From Scyliorhinus canicula (taxonomy: Eukaryota): a DNA stretch of 64,000 bases. Shown here one piece after another: positions 11,564-23,988 of this stretch (position 1 is its first letter; each line of letters starts with the position of its first letter). Both the position numbers and the translations under genes were made by a program. The notes under the pieces are model-generated. The model searched no databases. It was not told the origin of the DNA and saw only the letters and a program-made list of their open reading frames with translations. The DNA lies in NCBI RefSeq assembly GCF_902713615.1, contig NC_052150.1:156603155-156667154 (forward strand), read 5' to 3'.

Positions 11564-12185
11564 TGTCGTGTGAAAGCACCTTTAATGGGTGTTTATAAAT
11601 AGGTGTGTATATAAGTGTCTGTAGTGAGAGTAATTTTAAGAAATGGGTGTTCATTACTGCAGTGATGTCAGAGAGTAGGTGGAGCTGGGCTGTCTGTCAG
11701 CTTTTTACTTTCATTTTAGACTGTTTGCTGCAGGGTGTAGTTTAGTTTTGTTTTCAGAGCAGGATAGCTGCAGTCACAATCAGAAGGTGCATTAGAGCCT
11801 CTCTCTCTGTAATCTAAAGAGTGTAAATATTTCCTGGTGATTTAAAACTAATAACAGTAGTGACTTTATCCTGATGTGCTTCTGGTAAAAGGTGTTTTAG
11901 GTCTTATGGATGTTAAAAGGAAAGCTTAAAGGATTACTTAGTATTGTATTCTTTGGGGGTTGTATTTGAATTAATAGTTGCTGAGATGTTCACTGATTGT
12001 TTTAAAAAGGTTAACTTGAGTTCATAGAATAAACATTGTTTTGCTTTAATAAATACTTTCCCATTTCTGCTCTACCACATCTGTAGAGTGGGCCGTGTGC
12101 TCCCCATGCCACAATCTAGTAAAAGTTGTGGGTCAGGTGAACTCCATGATACACTTTGGTGTTCTCGAAACCCTGGCCCATAACA
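11564..12185 (+). mobile_element. Solo LTR (~620 bp)
   Basis: TGTCGTG...CATAACA termini, near-TSD GATG/CATG, internal AATAAA. Confidence 0.7.
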
Positions 12186-14474
12186 CATGCAGCTGAGATA
12201 AAATACCACAGCATGCAGGAGAACCTTAACTTCGAGGTTTCCTTTGACTTACCTTGACTTCTCCACTCCCCACAGGCCAGCTGAGTTAAAATCCAGACCT
12301 GTGAGAGGAAGAAAGAAGATGTTAAAGTTTGCAAGACAAACATTGACATGGGATAATATTCTGTCTTCATACATGGGCCATAATCTGGCATAGTGGATAG
12401 AATGCCGATTATAGAATTTGCATGATTTCATTTGGAACCTACAACAGGCAAGCAATCTATTCCAGCAAATTTCTGACCATGGAGTCAATGTGACCCTTAT
12501 TTACAGGAAGATGAAGACACAAATTTGACCCTGAACTACATCATGGGAGATTAACAGTTATACAAAACACTGTGCATTATATAGTACAATGCTCATTATA
12601 TGCAGCACATTCTCTGACTCACTGTAATCAATCCTTCGGAAATTTGACTGTGTTATATATTTTGTTTCAGTTTATAAAGAAGAATCATGCAATGAACACT
12701 CTTGATGTTTCTAGGAATTAGGGGTAAGATTTCAATAATTCTGCCAGGACCTATTGTAGCCAAAACCATAAAACATGCAGTTAGCTACAGATTCTCTGGA
12801 CTTATTCCTATTGTGTTTTGGAGGTGTGATACTAGGAGGCACGGAGATTTAAAATAACAGAGCTTTAATTAGTGGGTGCTCTGTTACGCGGCTGTTATGT
12901 TATGGGGACAGGGTGGAGGTGTGGACCTTGGGTAGGGTGCTCTTTCCAAGAGCTGGTGCAGACTCGATGGGCCGAATGGCCTCCTTCTGCATTGTAAATT
13001 CTATGATTATCTATGATTATCTTCTCTGTTTCACACACTAGAACTTAAGATATCACTTCTAATGAATACATTAATACAACAGCAATCACTAGAGCGAATA
13101 AGAATTAATGCAATCAGAACATTTCCTCCCCCCTTAAATTGAACATCCCCAGCAAGTTCAAAAGAAGTTAAACATGAACAACAGCCAATACGTCAGATGG
13201 TCTGAGGTTGTCGCTCGAGGAACGGTTGATCACGAACCTCTGCCATCTTCTTTTTCACTGGTGGTAAACTCTGGTATTTCTGTCTTTACCCTAACTTCAT
13301 TGGTGTTTGGTTTAACTGGCATAGATGTTGGAAATAGGGGTTATCCTTCTGTCTGATGAGAAGGGGAGGTGTTGCTTTCTTCAACAGTGTCTGTTAGTGT
13401 CAATGTTGTAGGAAGGGTCAAGTCATGGCTTTTTAGGGTTGAACCTGGATTTTCCACAGGCCCCAATTCCATTCTTCCAGCCAGCAACTGGCCTGCATGT
13501 CTCCTCCAGATAAAGTCATCTCGGGTCTGGACAGTACAAGAGACACAGGTCCAGTCTGTGCAAGGATTGTGCAGGAACCCATTTCTCTCCTGTAGAATAA
13601 TTCCTAGCCAAAACCCCTTGTCCTTGTTGGAAGATTCCATGCGTTGCCTTGCTTTCCCGCCGTTTCATTTGTACTTGCTGTTTGTGTTGTACGATCTCTT
13701 TAATTTTCGTGATTTCAACAGATTTGACGTGGAATGTAGCTGCCTTTTCATCGTTAGTAGGAGAGGTCTTGGAGTGGATGGTAAGGTATTCCTATATACC
13801 AGTAGGAACTTGTGGCGACGTTTGTTCAGCAAACCTTGTTCTCTAGAGGCTGTCAACGTATGTTTCCTGGTTTGGGTGAAGCATTCAGTTCATTAATAGC
13901 AAGGTGGTACGGTGTGTACTTAATATGTTGAATACCATTCTCTTGTAAGAAATTTCAGATTCTTGTGAGACACATTGAGGTGCATTGTCGCTTACCAGTT
14001 GTTCATGGAATGCAAAGTAACAAACACTTCTAGCTTCTCAATAGTCTTCTCTGATGAGATAGATTTCATCACAGCAACCTCTGGCCACTTGGTGTGAGCA
14101 TCGATCGTTACCTGGGACCCTGGATCTATGTGAGCATCGATCGTTACCAAGAACATATGCCCTTCAAAAGGTCTTGCAAATTCCACATGGACAGGCTGCC
14201 AAGCCTCTTCAAACCATTCCCATGAATGCAGAGGTGCAAAGGGTGACAGGTTTGTTGCCTTTGCACGGGGAGAACATGTTCAAACTTTCTCTTCAATTTC
14301 CTGTCCAGTCCAGGCCACCAGAAATAACTTCTCGCTATTTCCTTCATGTGTAGGACTCTGCAATAGTCTTCATGTAGCTTCTCTAACACCCATTTCCTCA
14401 ATGATGGTGGAATGATCACTTGGAGACCCATAGAAGACATCCTGACTGTACTGACAGCTCCAATCTCCTTGATC

Positions 14475-14776
14475 ATAATAATAATCTTTATTGTCACAAG
14501 TAGGCTTACATTCACACTGCAATGAAGTCACTGTGAAAATCCCCTGACCGCCACATTCCGGCGCCTGTTCGGGTACACAGAGGGAGAATTCAGAATGTCC
14601 AATTAACCTAACAGCACGTCTTTTGGGACTTGTGGGGGGAAACCGAAGCACCCGAGGGAAACCCACCCAGATACAGGGAGAACGTGCAGACTCCACACAG
14701 ATAGTGACCAAAGCCGGGAATCAAACCTGGGACCTTGGAGCTATGAAGCAACAGTGCGACTCACTGTGCTACCGTG
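14475..14776 (-). mobile_element. SINE (HE1-like head, alternative tail ...GGAATGTGGCG...ACAATAAAGATTATT)
   Basis: tRNA-like head and core. The tail is shared with the short SINEs at 25804 and 57201. Confidence 0.75.
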
Positions 14777-14831
14777 AGTAGTAGGGTTTCAGGTTAGGTC
14801 CTAGTTCCAAAGTCCTCCCTCGTAATACCAG

Positions 14832-15517
14832 GGGCTGGATTCTCCGCAGCCTTGTGCTGAAATCGCGGCCAGCGCGGGAGTGGAGAATCCACTTTCACTC
14901 TATAATCGGTCCCGGCGCCAGTCTGGCGATTCTCTGGGGCCCGAAAATCAGCGTGATCACGGAGCACGCTGAGCTGCTTGGGTCCTATTGACAGAGGCCC
15001 ACCCAGCAAACCTCTGCTCCCCACTGCCGAGTTCCCGACGCCGTGGAACTAAACACTTATGCCGGTCGGGATGCTGGCGTGGCGGGTGCGGACCCAGTCT
15101 ACGACCGCCCAGGTCGGGGGGTGGGGGGGGGGGTGGGGGGGGGGGGTGGGGGGGGGGGGGGGTGGTGGATCGGAGGCCAGGAGGGCCTTAAAGGCGGACA
15201 GGGATCGGGTCTGTCGGTTTAGCTGCTCGGGCACGCGGCCGATCGGGGGGCCTCCTTTCTATGTGTGTCGTCGCGGTCCGGGTCCGCCATGGAGCTCGGC
15301 ACGGCCGCTGGAGGCCGCCATCGTGCGCATGCAGTCTCCGAACTGGATGTGCGGGGGCCCGTAACGCAACTAAAGCTGCGGGATTTACTCTGGGTCCCTG
15401 CTAGCCCCCTGCAGTGCATTGAATTAGGTCAACCTTTTTCTAGGAATGTCGGGAGTAAAACACCACCGTTTTTACTCCAGCGTCAACACTTAGCCTCATT
15501 TTGGGAGAATCCAGCCC
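14832..15517. mobile_element. Harbinger-type MITE
   Basis: TIRs GGGCTGGATTCTCC and GGAGAATCCAGCCC. Long internal G tract. Confidence 0.8.
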
Positions 15518-15933
15518 ATCATATTCTGAGAGCATAGGATCACTCCAATTGTGTTTCCTCACTTGTTTAGAAATGACTGGTGTGTTGTCTATTTGTTCAA
15601 AGTAGAAGATATTTGTATTTGAACAGTCTGACAAATTACCTGGCAGTGGTAATGTTGAAAGTCCATCTGCATTACCATGTAGACGTGACTGTCTGTACTT
15701 AATGGTATCAGTATGTGCAGACAAAAGCAATGCCCATCTTTCCATTCTATCTGCAGCATAATTCCCATGTGTGGTCACTTTGTTTTCTCTGACCCTTTTG
15801 TACAGCTAGACATTTCTCCTTTTGTTTTGCTTAAATGCTGCATTGGTTTGTTTTTGCTTCTTAATTTTACTTAGAACATGCCTGACTGCAGGCACGCTCT
15901 GTGTGTCCTTTTATCCACAGCATTGATATCCAT

Positions 15934-16605
15934 GGGCGGGATTCTCCGACCCCCCGCCGGGTCGGAGAATCGCCGGGGGCCGGGGTGAATCCCGCCTCCG
16001 CCGTCTCCCGAGGTCTCCGGCACCAGAGATTCGGCGGGGGCGGGAATCGCACCGCGCCTATCGGCGGGAACCCCCCCCCCCCCCCAGCGGTTCTCCGGCC
16101 CGCGATGGGCCGAAGTCCTGCCGCTGTCATGCCGGTCCCGTCAGCGGGAATCAAACCACCTACCTTACCGGCGGGACCAGGCGGCGTGGGCAGGCCCCGG
16201 GGTCCTGTGGGGGGCCTGGGGGCCTGGCCCGCAATCGGGGCCACTGTTTGGCGGGCGGGCCTGTGCCGTGGGGGCACTCTTTTTCTTCCGCCTTTGCCAT
16301 AGCCTTCACGATGGTGGAGGCGGAAGTGACCCCCTCCCCTGCGCATGTGCTGGGATGACATCAGCAGCCGCTGACGCTCTGGCGCATGCGCGAACTTCCC
16401 CCGGCTGGCGTGGCGCCAAAGGCCATTCCCGCCGACCGGCGAGGTGCCAACCACTCCGGCATGGGCCTAGCCTCTCAATGTTAGGGCTTGGCCCCTAAAG
16501 ATGCGGAGACTTCTGCACCTTTGGGGAGGCCCGATGCCTGAGTGGTTCACGCCACTCCATCCCGCCGGGACCACCCGCCCTGCCGGGTAGGGGAGAATCC
16601 CGCCC
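15934..16605. mobile_element. Harbinger-type MITE
   Basis: Perfect TIRs GGGCGGGATTCTCC and GGAGAATCCCGCCC. 3-bp TSD CAT. Confidence 0.85.
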
Positions 16606-16654
16606 CATGCCTTTACACCAACAGTCAGCAGCAGAATCCCCTGACTTTGCACAT

Positions 16655-17002
16655 GGGTAACAGGGTAGCATGGTGGTTAGCATAAATGCTTCACAGCTCC
16701 AGGGTCCCAGGTTCGATTCCCGGCTGGGTCACTGTCTGTGTGGAGTCTGCACGTCCTCCCCCTGTGTGCGTGGGTTTCCTCCGGGTGCTCCGGTTTCCTC
16801 CCACAGTCCAAAGATGTGCGGGTTAGGTGGATTGGCCATGCTAAAATTGCCCGTAGTGTCCTAATAAAAGTAAGGTTAAAGGGGGGTTGTTGGGTTACGG
16901 GTTACGGGTGGATACGTGGGTTTGAGTAGGGTGATCATGGCTCGGCACAACATTGACGGCCAAAGGGCCTGTTCTGTGCTGTACTGTTCTATGTTCTATG
17001 TA
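16655..17002 (+). mobile_element. HE1-type SINE
   Basis: A-box-like GTAGCATGGTGG, B box GGTTCGATTCC, core, and (TTCTATG)n tail. Confidence 0.9.
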
Positions 17003-20000
17003 TGAATCTCGAGATTCTTTTGTGTAAATTCAGCAGCCGTTTTGTGTATTCGAGTACACAGACTCAATTTCTCAACTCCTTTGCAGAGAGCTCCAAAGAA
17101 ACAGAGATTTCCATAGGTTTCTGCAGAGTAAGATTACTCTTGGTTAGCAAACGTTTCTGTGTTGCTGCACTGTGTAGACGACAAACCAATCTGTTCCGAA
17201 GAGTGTCATTCAGCACATCTCCGAACTCTCAATATTCTGCAAGTCTTTTATGCACAGCCACAAATTGCGCGATTGACTCCCCTTCCTCTTGTTTTCTTTT
17301 ATTGAATCCAAAGCCCTCTGCAATCACCAAGAGTTTCGGCGTAAAATGTGCTTGCAAGATACTCACAATGTTTTTGTACATCTTAATGGCTTCTCAGGTT
17401 GCAGTAAACTATGGAGGAGATTAAATGTTGCTCAGGAAAGTGGGTATCATAATCTCTTCAGCTATTTTGTTTGCCTACGCAAAATAGTCAAAAGCTCAGT
17501 ATAGAAGCTCCATCGCTCAACATTTTTACTAAAGGGCCCGACAACGCCAAAAACTCCTGCCATTTTTCTGCTAATGGAGGTTACATTGAGCACATTGAGC
17601 AACTGCATTTTCAACAGTTACCTTAATTCTGTCATGCACAAGTTAACAACTCAAGGTTCAGGCTTTTATTTATCATAGACAGCTGTATAATCTGTCCTGC
17701 AGGCAGATTATTGCTACTCATGTCCACCCAGCCCATCCGTTTTCTGTAACATGTTCGTTTTTCCCAACTTTTCTCGGTAAATTTCTTCCTCCTGGTTGGC
17801 TAACCAGCAAATCTTTGTAGTCCTCATCGCCAGTATTTATGTTCTGTTTTTTAAAGTATGATACTAGGGAGCGCGGAGGTTTAAAATAACAGAGCTTTAT
17901 TTACAGTGTGTGATCTCTTACATTGCTATTCTTCCCTCACTGTTTCCTGCACTAGGACTTAGGATGTCATTCCGATGAACACATTAATACAGAGTTTCAC
18001 TGGAGGGAGTAAGAGTTATTGAAAATACATAACAATTACCACCGTAGCCTCTTATTGAAGCATAGAAAATAGATAACTTACATCATCTTTTCTCTTCTTA
18101 CCATACCATAGTTTTAAGGTTTGAACCTGGATTACAATTCAACAAAAAATGAGAACTGAAATTAGATTGTGCTTAATGCTATTCAGTCACCTGAGCACAT
18201 GGCACTACATGTCCCAAACGCCATTTCTGTTTTAAATACTCAGCTGTTAAAAATGAACCATCAGATTAATCAGCATAAGGTTTACAGCACTGTCTTCCCA
18301 TACAACCAAGTATTAATGCTAACCTCTCCAGAGATGACAGAAGCTCCCAAGCGAGTGGTTTTACTTACTTGGTGTGGGCGAGGTTGGGATTTCATTACTT
18401 CATAGAATGTGGGTGTTACATTGCAGCAAGGATGAGGATGGTATAGTCTGTTGCCTTGTGAGCTGTAAATGTGCTTACAAGTCAGTCTGTGCAAACCGAT
18501 AAAGCGGTTCTAAATATATGCCTTGAAAAGAAGAACCCCACAATTCATTAGGCATTAAACGATGAAGCTTATTCCCAGTGCGATATGAGTGATTTCACTT
18601 ACTATAACCGGAATCTGCTCTGTTCAGAGTGATGATGACTTCATGATTTCCAGGAAGTGAGACTGCACCAAATAGGTTCTTTAAATAGTGAGCGAGTTAA
18701 TCAATCCTTAAATCCTTCTCTTGGCTCAGCCTGTCCTATCAGCGTTGGCAACACCAGTCTGCCTCTTAATACCCAACCATGTCAGTTTTTTAAGAATCTT
18801 GAAGGAAAGAAGAAATGTGAATGCTGGGAATCTGAAATAAGAACAGAAAATGTTGCAATGAGACTGGAGATGCGCCTGAAAATGAAAGGAGTCAAAAGAA
18901 CAGATTAATGTTTTGGGTGGACACTTCTGAATGAAGTGTTAATCAATCTTTTCAGATGCTAACGGATTTGCTGTCAAGTTGAGATGAGATTTTCCTTTAC
19001 ATGTTCTCTCATATTCTGCTTCTGTCAAAGAAGTTGTCACAGGTCAGCAGGCCAGGTCATAGTTGTATAGTTCAGAATAGGTATATGTGCAGGCTTTAGT
19101 GTCCAAGACATTCTGATCCAGGTTATATAAATTCTTGGTTAAAGGATGCAATCGTCTGATCCTTTGCTCCTAGTAAGCCCAAGATGAGTCATTATTTAAA
19201 AATTTTAAACAACATACGCACTCATTTGATGGTTAAATCCAATTATACCCTTTAGTTGGCAGTAGAATTGAGCACATGACACAAAAAATAAATTGCACGA
19301 TTACCACATCTCTACAAATGGATTCAAATTCCATTTTAAAATGCTGCCAACACTTCAACAATAGAATTACTAAAAGCCTCATATTTCTCTTTCATAGTGA
19401 TGTGATTTCATGGTGATGTGAAGCCATATCCCGGCTTAACTCACTTAAATGTTTCACACTCTAATATATTTATATTCTTGCGGATTTATCCCTTTCCATT
19501 AATATGTAATTGTCAATGTCCTCTTATGTATTTGTGAAAAACACTTCAAAAAGAACCTCTTAACGACTACCTCCACATTGCTTTGTGAAAGGTTCATCAA
19601 ATCTGGCTTGCCATGTGCCAGCAGAACATCAGTGCTGAATGGTTGCCTAATTGTCTCTTATGAAAACATGTTTATCTTTAGAAAGATGCCCAGCAATTCA
19701 GTGCAACTTTTATAAACCTGCAGATGACAGGGCTTGTGGTACAAAATAAAGAATTTGAATGTAAGTTTTTAAAATATATTTTGCCATTGGAGAGAACATT
19801 ATTATAAGTACAGCGATGAAGGTGGATGAACAAACAGTTCAGATGTGATATGCACATTTAATGGACAAATATTCTAAACAGCTGTCTCTTTTAATAATTT
19901 GGAAATGCGATTTCTATGATATTTATTATAAAAATAAACATTCAGACCTAATTAGGAAGTCGCTACATTTAACTGTAACTGTTGTTACTTAGTTGAAACT

Positions 20001-20557
20001 GAAAACATGATTTACCCTTTACAGAACTAGGTGAAATCTAATCTTTTTAACTATTATTAATCCTCCCTATACCTAATACACCTGGCACAAAGTGTCCGCT
20101 TGTCACACAGCAACAAACACTTCACCCATCAGTGCAGACATACTTTCACATCGGATGAATGTCGGGTTCGTGTTCCAATACAAGCTGAGCTGGTGTTTTT
20201 GCCTCCCTGTTAAGGAGCTGCCATTTTCACTACGTGAGAGGGAACATGGAAGCGAGCTGGATCCCTTTTCTGATTCACCTCCACAACATTCTTTGATTTG
20301 GACGGCAAAATAAGTTTACAATTTTCTCATTTGGGAGCTATTAATGTTAGGATAATTCAATGGATGGAAAATACAAATTGAAAAATAACATGAAACTCCT
20401 GCAGGGCAGGAATAAATAATGGTGCGTGCCCACTTTTTAAAAGTAAAAAGATGGCCTCTATTTGATGCCAGGTTTACCTCAGGCACTAAGTCAAAACTGT
20501 GCCTCCCTGTGATTACAACATTTAAATAAATAGAAGAAAGCAGCTGAGAGAGAGCTG

Positions 20558-21220
20558 GGCCATGATTCTCCGACCCCCACGCCGGGTGGGAGAATCGCGG
20601 GAGTCCCGGGCGATTCCCGCCACGCCGCCCTGGCACGCGATTCTCCCACCCCCCCCAAAATGGCGTGCCGCGTTTCACGACAGGCTGCTCGGAGAACCGC
20701 CGCTCGCCGTTTCTAATAGGCGTGCGGCGATTCTCCGGCCCGGATGAGCGGCCAATCCGTCGGGTTCACGCCGACGCCAACCACACCTGGTCGCTGCCGG
20801 CGTGAACAGCGCGCGAACGCTGCGAGTGCAGCCTGTGGGGGGGAAGGGAGGATCGAGCACCGGGGGGTGCTCAGTAGGGTTGTGGCTCGCGATCGGTGCC
20901 CACCGATCGGCGGGCTGGCATCTCTAAAGGACGCACTCTTTTCCTCTGCCGCCCCGCAAGATAAATCCTCCATGTCTTGCATGGAGGACGGCAACCGCCC
21001 ATGCGCAGGTGAAGTCATTTAAGCAACGCCGGCCGCATCATTTACGCGGCGCGCTTTGATGCAGCGCCAAGGCCCGGTGCGCATAATTGACGCGGGGCCG
21101 CTCCTAGCCCCCTGAGGATGGGAGAATAGGGGGCGAGAAGCGGCCTCCGACGCCGGAGTGAAACACTCCGGTTTTCACTCCGGCGTCGGCACTTAGTCTC
21201 CCGTTGAGAGAATTTCGCCC
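20558..21220. mobile_element. Harbinger-type MITE
   Basis: Imperfect TIRs, 3-bp TSD CTG/CTG, internal similarity to 47665-48822. Confidence 0.8.
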
Positions 21221-21969
21221 CTGATGTATTTTTCTGAAATTCAAACATAATAAACTTGATTCCGATGCCACTTACATTAATCAAGCGCTAAAAAGTACAT
21301 TGTTATGCTCTTGATTTATTGTTTCCCTTCCAATTATGAAAAAAACTTATTTTGCGACTCCTTAGGTTATCCTGCTGTATACTCTGATGTCTGGGGGTGT
21401 CATTAATAAGAATAACTTGCATTGACAGAGCATGTTAAATGTAGAAAAATATCCCAAAACATGACGATGAACTTGTTCCCAGGTATCAGCGTATACACTG
21501 ACACGAAGTACCTGGGAGCAATCAGGATTGTTGTTTGACTTTCCACCTGGTATAACTTTCCCTCCTATCTTTCCCTCATCAGTAACTCCCAGGAGTGGGA
21601 ATTGAACTTGAGAACCTGCCATTTCATGACAAATGTGCTGCCCACAGAACTGCCCCGGATTCCTTTTTAAAGGCAACCATATGTTAGGCACAGGAAATTC
21701 TGCTAAGGAAGGCAGAATTATTTCTAGCTGATATCCAGTGACACTTGGGTATATTTGCTGCTAAGTGTTTTGAACTGTGGCACTGAGGATGAGCTGCAAT
21801 CAATTGCAGTAATATACACTGGTCTGTATGTTTTAAATGACCGAAAGTATCAGTATCACTCACTCAACCGGTAACATAATCTTCCAGGTGCTGCAAGCTT
21901 TTTTTCTCACTTGCATGACTTTAATTTCTATGTGCCATGAGTACATTGATAGATGTTCATATTAATATA

Positions 21970-23900
21970 GGGCGCGATTCAACCGCCATGTTGCGCCTGG
22001 CATGGATCCGGGCGCACCGGTTAAATGGCCATGCTGGGTGTGAATCGGTTCGCTATCTAACCGGCCGGCTCCACGTTGGTGGGTACTGGATCCCACCCAG
22101 ATGTGGTGAGGCACCAATTAAGACCAATTAAGAGCAAACTCCACCTCATTAGCGAGAAGGAAGCCCAATCTTTCGGCCTCGCGGGAATTAATGGTCGCGC
22201 GGGCATCATTTAGCACTCCTATTTAAAAACAGGAAGGCAGCACAATGGCTGCTGAGGGAAGCTGAGGAGGTGAGTAGCCGTTTCCATTCCCCGGCATGCA
22301 GTCCAGGGACACTGGAGTTGCTGCCCCACTGCTCGGGGGGGGGGGAGCTCCGGGGGTTGGTGGATGGGAGACCCCTCAGGCAGGAATGGGCCTGGGCAGA
22401 GAGCTGTATGTCATAGGTCAGTTGTCGCCCCTGGACTGGGTTGGTGAGGGGCTCTGCACCTGCTTGACCTACAGGCCATTCTCTAATATTGTGCATATCC
22501 ATAACTGTGGCAACTACAGCCGCTGCCTGACTATCCAACCCAACACTTCCACACAGAGCCTTGATTGTGGTTATAGGCTGAAGATCACTTTACTTCCCTT
22601 TGGCTTCACAGCTGAAGGCTATTGCCAATAAGGAATTGGCATTGTTAGTTATGTGAGCACTTCACTGCTCTCAAGTGGTGCTACAAGTTGTTTTTGCTGC
22701 TGCTGCTTGTGGCTGCAATTGCCCAGAGGCTGCTGCTGCTGTTTCCTTCTTTTTCTGCAGCCTGGAGTAAGGAATGGGAGGATGGGAAGATGACCTGTTA
22801 CCTGGGCTATAGAAAGGGAAGGGGAGTTCTTTCTCTTTCCTGGTGTGCGGATTGGTGTGATGTTCCCCTGCTGAGAAGTCTACTGCTGGAGATACAAAAG
22901 AAAGAGAGCAATGCAGATTGATCCGAATGAGCAACTTGTTGAAGGTGTTGAAGAAATGCTTTTGCAGATTGTGGTGAATGTACTTCTTAATAATTCACAC
23001 TGTACTGTATTATGTTCTTGTGGGCTCTGTCTGTTAGCCGTTGCGCGGCTCTGCCCACAGGGGGAGATGAGGAGCTTGTACAGGGCTCCACCCTCGGCTC
23101 CACCAATGGCTCCGCCCATGGCCCCTCCCACTACCGGAAGTATAAAGTGCTGCAGCCGTGTGAGCCTGCCCTCAGTTCTTCTGGTCGCAGGCAGGCTCTG
23201 TTGTAAGTCTATTAAAACCCCAGTTTACTTTCAATCGTGTCTCGAGTGAATTGATGGTCACATCACAGATTGCTGGTGATTTCCCTTTGTGGGGAAAATG
23301 CCAGCTTGGCACTTTGGGACTGCCAGAGGGTACCAGGCTGACAGTGACAGAGTGCCAAGCTGGCAATGCCAAGGTGCTCTGGTGGCACCAGCAGTGCCCA
23401 GAAGGCAACCACCTGGTGGCTTCCAATCTCCTGGGAGACCTCCACAAGTGCCGTTCCATCTGGTCCCCATTGGTGGAGACCAGCACTGAATGGTGCTCAC
23501 CCAAGATCTCCAAGGCAAAAGGCATTAGATCCCAATGCCTCCAGTAGATCATGGGAGTGTGAGTTATCGTGAGAATAGCAGTTTCACTTTAATATGCAGA
23601 TTTGGAAAATAGTGATCCCGACCATTGTTGAGTGGCAAGGGGCCTTTGGTCTTCTTCCGACATTGGGCAGAAGCCCTCCTGGTCATGCTGCCTGAACCGA
23701 TGGTTGCTGCCACTACCTCCCAGGTGGCATTGACAGCCTTGTTACTAGTCATCCCACCCCCTCGGGGGAACAGGGTGTCCCATCTGCTGCTTGACCTGGT
23801 AAGCATCCCTAAAGCATGGAGAGATCTACGTGGTGCCATGGTTATGTTCTGCCTAGCAGTGAGTTCGGAGGGAGCGTTTATGAGCCCGAGACGACACTTA
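21970..23900. mobile_element. Decayed Harbinger-related sequence including a Myb/SANT ORF remnant (23600-23830, minus strand)
   Basis: Starts GGGCGCGATTC (TIR-like). ORF 23564-23839 contains WEVVAATIGSGSMTRRASAQCRKK (Myb/SANT-like). 23270-23630 resembles 52590-52920. Confidence 0.55.
22970..23265 (+). mobile_element. Solo LTR (296 bp)
   Basis: TGTGGTG...CACATCA termini with a perfect 5-bp TSD CAGAT. Internal CCAAT, GC box, ETS, TATAAA and ATTAAA motifs. Confidence 0.85.
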
Positions 23901-23988
23901 GAATGTTTCCCATTAAATCAGGCCCATAGTTTATGACTGTCTCTTTGGACACTAATGGAGATGAAATAAATCTTGGGCAGCAGCAGTG

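Larger units (their letters stand above)
12809..18034 (-). mobile_element. Decayed Gypsy LTR retrotransposon with both LTRs, internally deleted and carrying SINE/MITE insertions
   Basis: Related LTRs at ~12809-13121 and ~17840-18034 (GATACTAGG...TTTAAAATAACAGAGCTTTA). PBS-like TGGCGATGAGGA at 17821-17832, PPT at 13122-13135, near-TSD ATTCC/ATTAC. gag at ~17000-17570 (EGESIAQFVA...CEFGDVLNDTLRNRLVC), RNase H end at 15520-15770 (RWALLLS...GNADGLS), integrase at 13600-14470 (LH...ARSYFWWPGLD; IDAHTKWPEV). Confidence 0.85.

Noticed and set aside
13369-13896. 175-aa plus-strand ORF
   Set aside because: It is antisense to the Gypsy integrase C-terminal region.
15116-15165. G-quadruplex-forming G tract (also 4836-4859)
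   Set aside because: It is an expanded homopolymer within a repeat. Its length is unreliable in assemblies and there is no evidence of function.
15867-16454. Long Pro/Gly/Arg-rich ORFs (also 3904-4670, 9574-10074, 36567-37087, 57667-58469)
   Set aside because: They are stop-poor by-products of GC-rich MITEs or tandem repeats and are open in several frames on both strands.
16655-16735. tRNA genes at SINE heads
   Set aside because: A/B boxes are present, but they continue into the SINE core and tail, with no complete cloverleaf or terminator.
22688-22921. Signal-peptide-like ORF (MFLLLLLVAAIA...)
   Set aside because: It has a TTG start and a CTG-repeat-derived Leu run within decayed TE sequence, and no donor site or further exons.
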